A stretch of DNA of 63,907 nt, the filler included, from Octopus bimaculoides (Eukaryota), in the NCBI RefSeq assembly GCF_001194135.2. It is 4 parts of 3 records of this genome, joined end to end, with 100 filler letters (N's around TTAATTAATTAA, not from the genome) between each part and the next. Parts side by side here need not be neighbours in the genome. Positions count along the whole stretch, not along the records: positions 1 to 21,308 come from NC_068997.1; positions 21,409 to 37,574 come from NC_068982.1; 2 more parts are not named here. One strand, given 5' to 3'. The translations under genes were made by a program, and so were the position numbers. The notes below the pieces were generated by a model. That model saw only the letters and a list, made by a program, of their open reading frames with translations. It was not told the DNA's origin and did not search any database. This document shows, one piece after another, positions 12,666 to 24,716 of this stretch. Within the stretch, counting starts at the first letter, position 1, and each line of letters begins with the position of its first letter.

Positions 12666-13279
12666 ATGTGTGTGTGTGTGTGTGTGTGTATATGGCTACA
12701 GGACGTCACAAACCGTAAACAACATGAAATACGAAAACAAAAGAGTTGAATACGCAAACAACGAGGGAAAGAAATGGAAAACAGGACAAGTAACATAAAG
12801 AACGACCCTTCATTAGTTGTCGGCTGTCCATCTACTCCTCATTTTGAGCATTGAACGACAATATGAGTATTCGAAGGCAGTTGCCCACGCAAACCAAATT
12901 AAAATTTAGGATTTGCGGAGGATCAAGGCTGGTAACAAAAACAGGACAGTAGAGACGTACAAGGAAACCGAACGAAAAGAACATGAAAGGTCGTTAGACT
13001 AGACGATGGTAAAATAGCGAACACTGGAGAAATATTTTCTTTGACAAGAAAATAGATAGAAGAGAGAGACAGATAGGATACGTGCAGTCTCTATGACAGC
13101 CCTGAAAGAAAAGAAAGATGATCACGTGAGAAAAAAAGATGGACGAGGGTCACATGTGAGCAACGAGAGAGAGAGAGAGTAAAGGATAAAGAGGGAGAGA
13201 GAGACATAGAAAGAAAACGGTGAAGGGGACAAAAAGGAATTAGAGGAAGGATAAGAGAGAAAACGACAGGAGAGTGAGT

Positions 13280-13351
<72 letters not shown>

Positions 13352-13451
13352 ACAGCATAGGGTAGAGTCGCATCAAAAATACTAAGATAAGCTTACTTGG
13401 AAATGGATAAGTGGCTTTCAATCAAATAATAATATAAATAATATCTGTCTG

Positions 13452-13516
<65 letters not shown>

Positions 13517-13611
13517 ATATCTATCTATCTATCTATGCATATGTGGGTATAGGACATCACAAAACATATATATATGTGTGTGTGTGTATATATATATATG
13601 CATATATATGA

Positions 13612-13835
13612 AATTGACATGCAAGTGGCTAAGTACTCCACAGGCACGTGTACCCTTAACGTAGTTGTCATGGAGATTCAGCGTGACACAGAGTGTGACA
13701 CAGGCTGAGTCTTTGAAATACAGGTACTACTCACTTTTGCCAGCTGAGTGGACTGACGCAACGTTGTGTCTTGCTCAAAGACACAACGCGTCGCCAGGAA
13801 CTGAACACACAACCTTGCGCTCCTGTGCTAAATAT
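13612..13835 (-). mobile_element. SINE family C-related partial copy
   Basis: Shares the GTGCAAGTGGCT..GTACCCTTAACGTAG..GTGACACAGAG block with 39378-39753. Confidence 0.65.
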
Positions 13836-13920
13836 GCGAACAACTAAGACATGCGCCTTCACACTGTCTAATCAGACTGTGACTGAAATCCCCAAAATTA
13901 TAAAACAAATCTGCACTTAC

Positions 13921-14151
13921 TTCTGTCTATATCAGCGTAAAGTTCATGTTCCCAGAAACCCAAATTGCTGGCAGTATGATTCGCAACTGTCATTCGGCAT
14001 TCTTTTGCGTCAAAGCCGTAGTCGATCGACTGACACTTTGGTTCCGCTTCACATCTTTTGAAACACTGTGTATAATTCTGAAGATACGTGGTACCCAAAT
14101 CATTGTTGTCAGGAAGATAACTGTTGTAAACGAAATCTACAGGACATTTTC
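13921..14151 (-). CDS. PAN/apple-domain gene, internal exon (second PAN domain)
   Basis: TTTCAG acceptor (14153-14152), GTAAGT donor (13920), 231 nt, phase 1-1. KCPVDF..QNYTQCFKRCEAEPKCQSIDYGFDAKECRM has PAN cysteine spacing. Confidence 0.85.
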
Positions 14152-14515
14152 CTGAAATAATAAAACAGATAAATGAACGTTTTGATTCGGTTTTCATAAT
14201 TGTGGTGGCCTGCTTTTATGGTGAAGTGATTTATTGTGTAGATTAATGAGAAATAATCCTTTCTGCTGAAGATACAAAACTTGAAAATTTGTGGGAGGGG
14301 CTAAGAGGATGATATCGACTCAGTGCTCAACTGGTACTTACTTTATCGACCCTAAAAGGATAAAAGGCAAAATCGCCCTCGGCGGAATTTGAACTCAAAA
14401 TGTAAAGATGTATGAAATGGTGCCAACCATTTTTTGCACGTTGTGCTAACGACTATGCCAGCTCGCAGCCTTTTATCATAAGAATAATAATTTGATAGAA
14501 GTTTTGGGTAAAGAT

Positions 14516-14553
<38 letters not shown>

Positions 14554-15400
14554 CTCAACAAAGTATCTCAACAGGCATGATAGAGCTGCACAATATATTC
14601 ACTGGGTAATATGCAAAAACCTGGACTTGCCCCATGATAAAAACTGTTGGGAACACAAACGACCCCCAGTACTTGAAAATGATCACATCGCACTCCTCTG
14701 GAACTTCACCATTCAAACTGACAGAAAGATAGATGCAAATAGGCCAGACATCATACTGAAAGACTTCAGACAAAAATCATGCCTCCTCATTGATATGACT
14801 GTCCCAATCGATATAAACGTATCTGTCAGACCTACCAAAAACTGAGCAAATATAAAGATCTTGAAATANNNNNNNNNNNNNNNNNNNNNNNNNNNNNNNN
14901 NNNNNNNNNNNNNNNNNNNNNNNNNNNNNNNNNNNNNNNNNNNNNNNNNNNNNNNNNNNNNNNNNNNNNNNNNNNNNNNNNNNNNNNNNNNNNNNNNNNN
15001 NNNNNNNNNNNNNNNNNNNNNNNNNNNNNNNNNNNNNNNNNNNNNNNNNNNNNNNNNNNNNNNNNNNNNNNNNNNNNNNNNNNNNNNNNNNNNNNNNNNN
15101 NNNNNNNNNNNNNNNNNNNNNNNNNNNNNNNNNNNNNNNNNNNNNNNNNNNNNNNNNNNNNNNNNNNNNNNNNNNNNNNNNNNNNNNNNAAAATACTGTC
15201 TATGTGATCTCAAATTTTAAAACAAACACAGAATTTTCTTATGGTTTCTTAAACATTCTCTAGAACAACACTATGTACAAATCCAAATATATGGTACCCT
15301 AGGCATAACACCTACAGGAACTTCTAACTTGTTGTCTCTTGAGGTCTCTGGGTGAGACTTGGACCCAACTTGTATACATGCAAAGCAAAAGTCAACCATA
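14554..15400 (+). mobile_element. 5'-truncated R4/Dong-like (RLE) retrotransposon, copy 1
   Basis: YLNRHD..IHW..C..WEH..LWNFTIQTDRKIDANRPDII..CLLID..KLSKYKDL (restriction-like endonuclease region); begins at (TAA)n and ends at (AAT)3. Confidence 0.85.
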
Positions 15401-15410
15401 AAATAATAAT

Positions 15411-15745
15411 ACTAAAGGAGATATGACAGGTTAGTTTGGGAAGTTAAGGAAAAGTCGAGAGATATGACAGATTTGCTTGGGAAGTTAAGCAGTTCTGGTC
15501 GAGGAAAAGGTAGCAGTAGTACCAATAATTGTCGGAGCCCTGGGAACAGTGAGCAAAATTCTCGAGAAGTACGTAGAACAAATAGGGACTGCAATAAGGG
15601 TGGATCACTTGCAGAAAACAGCACTGCTTCAAACCGCTCGAATACTCCGGAAGGTGCTCGAAAGATAAGATGTGTTACCTTAGTTCACTAGTAGTGAACA
15701 GCTGACACTATAGTACATCACCAGCGTTAGAAGCTGTGTAAAGGC
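15411..15745 (+). mobile_element. 5'-truncated R4/Dong-like retrotransposon, copy 2
   Basis: VVPIIVGALGTVSK..LQKTALLQTARILRKVLER* (stop 15666-15668); distinct 3' UTR; followed by (TAA)n at 15746-15817. Confidence 0.85.
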
Positions 15746-15818
<73 letters not shown>

Positions 15819-16519
15819 GCAACAGAAAAAAGATGGTATAAACACACGCCAGAAAAGGTCACAGAAAACGAGAAAGCAACCATACTCTGGGATATGCCAA
15901 TACACACAGATAGAGAAATTNNNNNNNNNNNNNNNNNNNNNNNNNNNNNNNNNNNNNNNNNNNNNNNNNNNNNNNNNNNNNNNNNNNNNNNNNNNNNNNN
16001 NNNNNNNNNNNNNNNNNNNNNNNNNNNNNNNNNNNNNNNNNNNNNNNNNNNNNNNNNNNNNNNNNNNNNNNNNNNNNNNNNNNNNNNNNNNNNNNNNNNN
16101 NNNNNNNNNNNNNNNNNNNNNNNNNNNNNNNNNNNNNNNNNNNNNNNNNNNNNNNNNNNNNNNNNNNNCAGCAGATGACAACGTTTCTCTAAAAGAAATG
16201 GAAAAACTTTCAAAATACAAAGACCTGGAAATAGAGATAACTCGAATGTGGAATCTAAAAACAGAAACAATTCCTATCATAGTAGGTGCCTTAGGTATAA
16301 TAAAAAAATATTCAGACAAATACATAACAAAAACACCAGGACTTACAAATATATATAACATACAGAAAATTGCACTACTGGGTACTGCACACATTCTACG
16401 CAAAACACTTTCAATACAGTAAACATAAGAGCACCACAGCAAACCACAGCACATACCCAAGGCGCACAGAGCTGCGCTCGGTAGTGAAGTGAAAGTACGT
16501 TATAAAAATAAAACTACTG
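15819..16519 (+). mobile_element. 5'-truncated R4/Dong-like retrotransposon, copy 3
   Basis: WYKHTPEKVTENEKATILWDMPIHTDREI..KLSKYKDLEIEITRMW..PIIVGALG..QKIALLGTAHILRK; flanked by (TAA)n on both sides. Confidence 0.9.
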
Positions 16520-16649
16520 AATAATAATAATAATAGCAACAACAACAACAACAACGACAACAACAATAACAACAACAACAACTACAACAACAATAATTAT
16601 AACTAATGAACTAATAATAACCATGAACTACTAACAAAACTTTACAACG

Positions 16650-17220
16650 ATGTTTTGCAACATCCTAGTATGATCCCGTCTTGGCTAGTTAATGGTTTAA
16701 CATTCCTACTTCAAAAAAAAAAAAAAAAAATTAAGAAACAAATGAACCAAAAAATTAACAACAATGTATAAAACACTAACATCTGTCCTGACTGAATATA
16801 CCTATAGTTTTTAATAGGAAGTAGCATATTCCTTAATGATCAAAAATGATGTAGACGTGGATCTTATGTTTGTAAAGATCAGCTTCTCATCAATAAGATG
16901 ACCTTGGAAGATTATCACAAATGGCACAAAAACTTGTCGATAGTCTGGGTAGATTATAAGAAAAGCTTTTGATAGTCTATACCACATAGCTGGATTAAGA
17001 AATGCCTGGAAATGTATAAAATAGCTCCTACTCTGCGAAACTTTTTGTCTGTATGAGATCATGGAGAACCATACTGACTTTGAACGGTGACAATGAATCT
17101 CTAAATATTGGAGATGTAAGAATTTCATGATGGCATTTTCCAGGGTGACTCACTATCACCACTCCTCTTCTGTCTAGCCTTAATGCCTCTCTCAAAATTA
17201 CAAATGACATCGCTGAGGAA
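16650..17220 (+). mobile_element. Degenerate RT fragment of the R4/Dong type
   Basis: CKDQLLINKM..LSIVWVDYKK(A)FDS..HSWIKKCLEMYKI..GIFQGDSLSPLLFCLAL, with frameshifts. Confidence 0.8.
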
Positions 17221-17549
17221 GGTCAGATCAAATAGTGGAATTTTCTATGCGGTTGTCCATGTGAACAGCGCTGGAAATTGGTGCCGTCCCTGCTCTGCAT
17301 AGGCCTGTGTAACCTCTGAGTATATTAATATAACAATGACAAATAGTAAATAATAAAAACAATAATATCAGTGATATCAGTGATAATGATGATGATAATA
17401 ATAATAATGAAAGGAAGCGGGCGGAGTCTGCCCATGTCTTGATTAATGATACATCTAGTGATGGTATCACAATAAAAACACTGGTAATTGCGCAACCTGA
17501 TAATCGCTACCTCATACGAGTGACAATGAAAAAACAAAATATTGTGAAT

Positions 17550-18529
17550 GTGACATCTCCAGCGTTTCCTTGACGGTGAGCAGGGGTTGTTGTCATTTGT
17601 CAGAAAGGATTTTCCATAGCTTGTCTATTTGACTCAGCTGCACTTTTTGATCAAGCATAGACTGAACAAAGCGCCTGGTACCTAAAGTGTCATCAGATGC
17701 TCACAATATTCTGTCAGTCGGGCGATGCGGTCGGCGGAAGTTCCACACTGGCTTCTTGTAGAGAGTTAGACGCGGCGAGTTTGACAGCGTTCACGGAGAG
17801 ACACTAGGTGTCGACTGTTTGTTCCAGATGATTCTTATGCCGGAAACCATAGATAACTTCCAGAAATGCCTGGCATGGCAATGCTACCGAGTGGTATTGC
17901 CGGTTCGGGATAAACTCTTCAGGCATGGAAGCCGTTTATCGAGCTTGTTCGAGACATGGGCAGAGCGACGAAACTGCTCTGCACGCTCTCGTGCAGTATC
18001 CGAGCATTGCTGACTTGTGCATTTATGTCGAACATCTGCTGTCGCGTGTATGACATATACGGCTATCGAATGAGTCCATCGTGAAGATAACCACGTCGCC
18101 TTCCTTTGACCGGGAAGGACAGGCAGTGTTTATTTGTCAGGTTTCTTAGTGAAAGGCACCTGTTTGGCTGAGCCCTCATCAAGTTTTTCAAGTTTCCTTT
18201 GAAAGTAATGTAAGGGTAGAGAAGCAAGTGCTGCCTACAGGCAAATCTGTTAAAAGGTTGGTGAAAATAGCACGGTCTGAATGGACGAGCCTATTCTAAG
18301 CATGCGCCTTTAGATCAAATTTCGATAAAGGGGAGAGGGTACCTGCCCTGAAAGTTAAGGATATCGTGTTTTTGTGGGATTTTCACGAGCAGCCCTTATA
18401 AATCTAATTCTTTTGAGGATTTTAATTGTTAGAATTTACACATTTCAATCTCACTCTGTTTGCATTGTATTGTCCTATACCGTCTCCAATATTCCATAGG
18501 AACCCTCTGTGGTTAATAAAGAAAATATC
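17550..18529 (+). mobile_element. 5'-truncated Tx1/L1-like retrotransposon with 3' UTR
   Basis: IDNFQKCLAWQCYRVVLPVRDKLFRHG, degenerate zinc-knuckle region, and 3' end CCCTCTGTGGTTAATAAAGAAAATATC. Confidence 0.75.
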
Positions 18530-18537
18530 ATTGTTAT

Positions 18538-18715
18538 TAAGGTGATGAGCTGCTGAAATCTTTAGCACGCTGGACAAAATACATTGCGGCATTTCGAGTG
18601 TCTTTACGTTGTAAGTTCAAATTTCGTCGTAGTCGAAATTTGCCTTTCATCCATTCTGGGTCGATGTAATCGATTATTCCCTCCCACAAAATTCTAAGTT
18701 TTGTTCCTATAATAC
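18538..18715 (+). mobile_element. tRNA-derived SINE, family B (diverged)
   Basis: GAGCTG..TTAGCAC..GTTCAAAT..TTGCCTTTCATCC..GGGTCGATGTAATCG matches 33598-33826. Confidence 0.7.
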
Positions 18716-18766
18716 AAAAGGATTATTATCATCATCTGTCAGCTTGTCTGCCTGCCGGCTTGTTTG

Positions 18767-18823
<57 letters not shown>

Positions 18824-19386
18824 ATATCTATCTGTCTGTCTCCTCTAGGTTTCTAGCTCCCAATGATGACTTATAAAACCATTCCCCTCTACCTAAACTC
18901 TTAGTAATAGTGGGTATATAAGCAGTGACTTAGTGAAGTCTTAAAGTTGCCACTGATGACGTCTCAAAAAAGAATTGAATTTAGTCTCTTTGATCGCTCT
19001 TCCTGAATCGTTAGAAAGCCGGACAAAATGATTTGCGTCGATAAACTATATTCAAGTCAAGAAGTGGGCTTCATGTAATCAGGCATTGTCATTATAGTAG
19101 ACATGATTAAAGAAAAAACACTACTACTACTATTAGTCTCCTTGGCAATCTTGTATCTCAATCCCAAATTCTGTGCTGCAAAACACATCACTCAAAACTT
19201 TATTAGAACCATCACTCTCTGGAACGAAAACTCTACAAACAATCTTTATCTACAGACACCATTTTACATTGACCAGAGAAATCGCAGAGACTTTTGAAAT
19301 GCCGACAGTATTGTCTCTCTTTCGACTAAAACATAGAATTCAAGTCAAGGAATGAAATAAATACCAGAAGATTCATATTTGTTTAC

Positions 19387-19644
19387 CGTCTCTAAACTTC
19401 GTCGGCACAGATCTTCTCAACTGATAAAAATGGGTATTAGTTACTTCTATTAGTCGCTTCTCTGTTGAGTCATCTTCGTATAAAATACAGCTTGGACTTT
19501 TCGCTCTGTTCACAAAGGATTTACACACCGAAGTTTCCAAACACTTCTTCGAACAGTCGAAGGCATCCACGTCAAGTGTCGTCAATATTTTACCTTCTTT
19601 GAGAGTACAGTGTTGTACTTTCAAAAAATACTTCAGATATTCAA
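19387..19644 (-). CDS. PAN/apple-domain gene, internal exon (first PAN domain)
   Basis: TTACAG acceptor (19646-19645), GTAAAC donor (19386), 258 nt, phase 1-1. DAFDCSKKCLETSVCKSFVNRAKSPSCILY..HFYQL. Confidence 0.85.
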
Positions 19645-21057
19645 CTGTAACAAAGTCAGACAAATTAAACAACCAAAATAAGATGACGAAAATAAAAGAT
19701 TGTGAAAATAGATAATAATAAAGAAATAGAATATTAAAAGTTTGACGATCAATATTGATATTTTTAACATAAAAGAAGTGATAAAGTTGTTACTACCATA
19801 GTGTAGGTACAAAGCATCTTGGGATATATTATATGTTTAATGAAAATTACTGCGAATGAGTGTTTAAAGTTGTTTATTTATTTAAATGATTCATATGTTA
19901 TGTTTTATAATGTTTAACGGTTGTCTCTTGTAAAGTTTGCCCTATTGTCAGCTCTTAAGTCAAATTTAACAAAATGCTTACAAACGAAAAACTAAATTTT
20001 AATCAATGGAAATAATGTTAAGAAGTGAATTTGCCACCATGCGGCTGTTTTGTTATGAATTCAGAATTTCAAATTTTCTTTCCAACTAATTTATTTTGAG
20101 AAGGAAAATATGTTGAACTTATAAATGAAGTGTTTGTATACCAATTTTCATATTTTGCATAAATATAGGTCTATGGATTGATATAAATCTACTTACGTCC
20201 ATTTCCAAATTTCAATGAGATGTAGAAGAGAACTGCAACGAAAATTTATTTTGTAAAATATTTCATATTTCATATTCACGTTTAACGTTAATTTACAAAA
20301 ATATAAAGATGAAAGGAATAAGAAAGAGAAGTGCTACAAGCATAATTCGATAACAAATACGACGATGACCACCACTACATCACCATAAAATTATCCATTG
20401 AAATAATAAGGAAAAGCGATAAATTGGAGGGAGATAGAAAGATAGAGACGAGAAGAGAGAGGGAGAGAAGTGAGAGTGAGACAAAGGGAGAGAGAGGAAC
20501 AAAGCAGAAAATATGAAGATGAAGAAAGATGAAGAAAGAAAAAGAAATGTTTTCAAACGAGATAAGAAGCATCAGTATTTCTTGGAAGAGAACATTCTAG
20601 ACATTTCAGAAAAGATTGTGAAAGTATTACGTAAATAAGGAGCAGGACAAAGAGTGAATGTAGTGAACCGAAAGGAGGTTTTAATTAATCGAAATTACAC
20701 ACGTATTGAAGAGAAAAAAGTCACATGAATGAATAATAACCATAGTCAAGAGATGGAAGAGAGAGAATCGGAAATTGAAATTGATTAAAAATGATATAGA
20801 AGTAAGCAGTGGGGAACGAATCTAATTTTTAGTAGGTCTGGGGCTAACTCCAGTCATGTTTTGGTCTTCTCAGATATCCGTTGGGAAATAAAGCCTAATA
20901 CGTATTTAACCAGAACATAGAATATAAATTTGGTGTGAAAATTACTCACTGAATAGGCATTGATTTAAAATAAGACGATGGCAAGTTTTTAGGACTTCCT
21001 CCTGTATGCAGAACACAGACTAAATAACCAAATATATAATGAAAGGTGACGACATAC

Positions 21058-21181
21058 TTTCTGGTGAGCCATTCATTGCCAAGGCAAATAATGCTTCCAG
21101 ACAGCAGTATATGTCGATTGGATCATATATTGCAATGTAATTTGGAGAGAAGAACGTATAAGAATTGACAAAAATATGCAT
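21058..21181 (-). CDS. Candidate first coding exon of the PAN-domain gene
   Basis: ATG at 21181; MHIF..IYCCLEALFALAMNGSPE then A|GTATGT phase-1 donor, compatible with exon 19644. The hydrophobic stretch is only loosely signal-peptide-like. Confidence 0.3.
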
Positions 21182-21308
21182 GAAACACGATACATAATAA
21201 CCACCTGACTAAAATCAACAGGGAAATGACAATTATGCATCTTAGTCGTTGCAAATTCAGCTAGGTCCACTCTCCTCTTGGTTTTCGTATATATATATAT
21301 ATATATAT

Positions 21309-21408
21309 NNNNNNNNNNNNNNNNNNNNNNNNNNNNNNNNNNNNNNNNNNNNTTAATTAATTAANNNNNNNNNNNNNNNNNNNNNNNNNNNNNNNNNNNN
21401 NNNNNNNN
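21309..21408. other. Artificial scaffold linker (44N-TTAATTAATTAA-44N)
   Basis: Identical 100-nt layout at three places; the 12-mer has stops in all six frames. Confidence 0.9.
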
Positions 21409-21453
<45 letters not shown>

Positions 21454-22299
21454 TAAATGTAGGACGGATTACCACATTATTTCCGCTTACAAATGCACTC
21501 GCACGCTATTGATTGACCCGGGGCTATAGAAGACACTTGTTCAAGGTGCTCCAAAGGTAGGACAGAACACAAAATCACGTGGTGATTGCAAAGCGAACTC
21601 CTGAACCACAAAAAATGCCTGCTGATTTATTATTATTATTTTTGCTTTTCAGCTCGGTTCCTAAATTCGATTTTTTTTAGACTTGTGTATTCCATTACTG
21701 AGGTTTAAAACTGATTTTTAACAAGCATGATTTATTAACTCGGATTTGTGCCAAAATTTGATGTCGAATACCAGATTTGTAGTTTGTATCATGAAAGTAT
21801 TTACTGATATGATAAAATTATATAACTTGTAATAAGTTGGACGATCGTTTTTGCTTTATTTAATCTATAGCTGTTATGAAGGATTGATTTACCAAACTAA
21901 CATCCTATATTTGTAGGAAAACAAGATTTGAACGCTATGCTATTCCAACCCAATACCAAAAGTTTATTTTTTCCCCCATCTTTTATACATAATAATTGAA
22001 ATAGAAGCCTTTGTAACTGATTATAATTTACGCTCAATTTACAATTGCATTAGTAGTGCTCACTGGAAACTAATGATATAAATTTTCTATATACTTCCAG
22101 CAATCTGTTTGTATAAAATTGTGTGTTGTAAATAGTTCAATCAAATTTTGGAGAGAAAAAATAACGACAAAACACATGATCTAATTATAAGTTACGTATA
22201 TGGGAACTACTGGTGCTATCGATTACTTTGGCTAAACATGTTCTTGTATATAATCCATATAAGAATGGAAATAAAGACAAGGACGCTGTTTTTACGAAT

Positions 22300-22443
22300 G
22301 GGTGGTAAGAAGTTTGCTTCTCAACAACAATGTCATGGGTTCTGCGTGTCACCTTGAGCAAGTGTCCCCTGCTATAGCTTCGGGTCGACCAAAGCCTTGT
22401 GAATGGATCTGGTAGACAAAAACTGAAAGAAGTCCGTAGTATG

Positions 22444-22445
<2 letters not shown>
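22300..22445 (+). mobile_element. SINE family A, 5' half
   Basis: Matches 53055-53200. Confidence 0.75.
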
Positions 22446-22474
<29 letters not shown>

Positions 22475-22627
22475 ACATACATACATACATACATACATAC
22501 ATACATACATACATACATACATACACATATATGTGTGTGTGTCTGTGTGTGTCTGTGTGTGTAACCACATGTGCATCGTTGGTGAATATTTTTTCCTCCG
22601 TCTTCCTTTTCTATTGAACTTTCCTCT

Positions 22628-22662
22628 GTTTCTGAAGAAGCGCTTTGTTCGAAACGTAAAAC
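22628..22662 (+). ncRNA. Minimal type I hammerhead motif (Penelope-type terminal repeat)
   Basis: GTTT-CTGAAGA-A-GCGC-TTT-GTTC-GAAA-C-GTA-AAAC: 4-bp stem I, ACGT palindromic stem III, one mismatch in stem II. Confidence 0.55.
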
Positions 22663-23384
22663 CACCTTTCTTTCCTTCCCTGACCGTCTGCTAAGACTTT
22701 ACATGTGCCACGCCCTCGTGTTGTGTTTTTGCGTCTGTTCTTGTTTTTTGGGGGGGATTTACTATATGTACATATGAATATGGGTATACTTTTTTATTAT
22801 TTTTTTACGTATGAGAAAAAACAAACGGAGAAACTGACATATAAACTTTAATTTATAACAACATAATACAATTCTGAACAATATCAAACTCAATTTCACC
22901 TACAATTGTTTCCATGCCCCAATTAAATCAATTTGGGAAATTAAATTAAACTAAATTAAATCAAATTTCCATATCGAATATCATTGATTGGGTATTTCAT
23001 CAGGGGAAGAATTTGATAGAAAGGAGCTACATACGATGAGTTGTTTGACCCTTGATAGACTCAGATATGTGCGTTTCAGCAACCAATGTATTTTTTAAAA
23101 AAACCGTTACTTATGTATATGTAAATGCAAACTTGTTTAATGCATTTATGCGCGTGCGTATGTAATGTGTTGCAAAAACAAAAACAAAATATCCGTTAGT
23201 TAGCTTAAACGATATTTCGATACGATTACTTTAAACCAGAAGCTAAAAAACAACATTCCTAATTTACGCTATTACTTATGACAGACCGAACTGTCATTAA
23301 AGTATTTAATCGCTTTAAAAAATTATCATAAGTCACCCAGTTGCAATCTAGAAATTACAGTTAAATAAGTTATTATTATTATTA

Positions 23385-23492
<108 letters not shown>

Positions 23493-23791
23493 AAAAACAT
23501 AGTTACGTATAAGTAATATTTTCATTGCGTATTTGTGCGTGCGTGTGTTAACGTGTTGAAAGCTACTGGACGATGGACTATTAAGTCATCAATATTTGTG
23601 CACAATGTATTTGATGTCGAAATGTCAATTTCTCCGTTTTCGTTTTCTCTTACATATTTTTTTTTTTTTAACAGTATACTCATATCCATCAATGCGAAGC
23701 TAACATCTTTAGTTTCTCATTGATACACTGGATAAAACCGGGGAACTTGGGTGATGAGATCGCTTTAAGGGGATTTATATCCTTGATTTAG

Positions 23792-23850
<59 letters not shown>

Positions 23851-23852
<2 letters not shown>

Positions 23853-24570
23853 GGAAAATGAAAAAAAGGCAGAATGCTAAACTGGAAGCATATTTTAATA
23901 AAAATTTCTAACCGGTTTTCATTGCGAGCGCAAATTATCAAGAAGAAGGAGAATGAAAATGTTTTTTACAAAGAAGTACAAAATGAAGAAAATAATATAT
24001 AAAACAATAATATATAAAAAAATATATATATACCCATACATTATATTGTCTTTGAGCTTTTGAAGTTCAATAGTAGTTCATGTATATAATGGTAGGAAAA
24101 ATAAGGATGCATGAGGGTTGAGAGTTTTGTTAGGTAAGTGACCTTATTTCTCTAGGAACAGACATAAACCTCCTGTTGAAAAAGAGTTCAAAACTCCAAC
24201 TAAAAATACTTGTCTCACCTTACACACACTTCCTGTTTTGACACAACATTCCCTGCTTAACACAAACTTTTAACCCTTTTTTTAAACATAACAAAACTCT
24301 CAACCCTCATGCATCCTTATTTTTCCTACCATCATATACATGAACTACTATTGAACTTCAAAAGCTCAAAGACAATATAATGTATGGGTATATATATTTT
24401 TTTATATATTATTGTTTTATATATTATTTTCTTCATTTTGTACTTCTTTGTAAAAAACATTTTCATTCTCCTTCTTCTTGATAATTTGCTTTCGCAATGA
24501 AAACCGGTTAGAAATCTTTATTAAAATATGCTTCCAGTTTAGCATTCTGCCTTTTTTTTTCATTTTCCTA
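23851..24570. mobile_element. 282-bp inverted repeat pair with 156-bp spacer, each arm carrying a hammerhead-like motif (inverted pLTR-like)
   Basis: 23851-24132 is the reverse complement of 24289-24570 with about 4 substitutions and homopolymer indels. Arms contain TTGATAA..TTGC/GCAA..GAAAACCGGTTA. Confidence 0.85.
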
Positions 24571-24623
24571 TTATTTCTCCACGTGCGGTTAACACAACCC
24601 CACTATTTACTGACTTACATATA

Positions 24624-24716
<93 letters not shown>

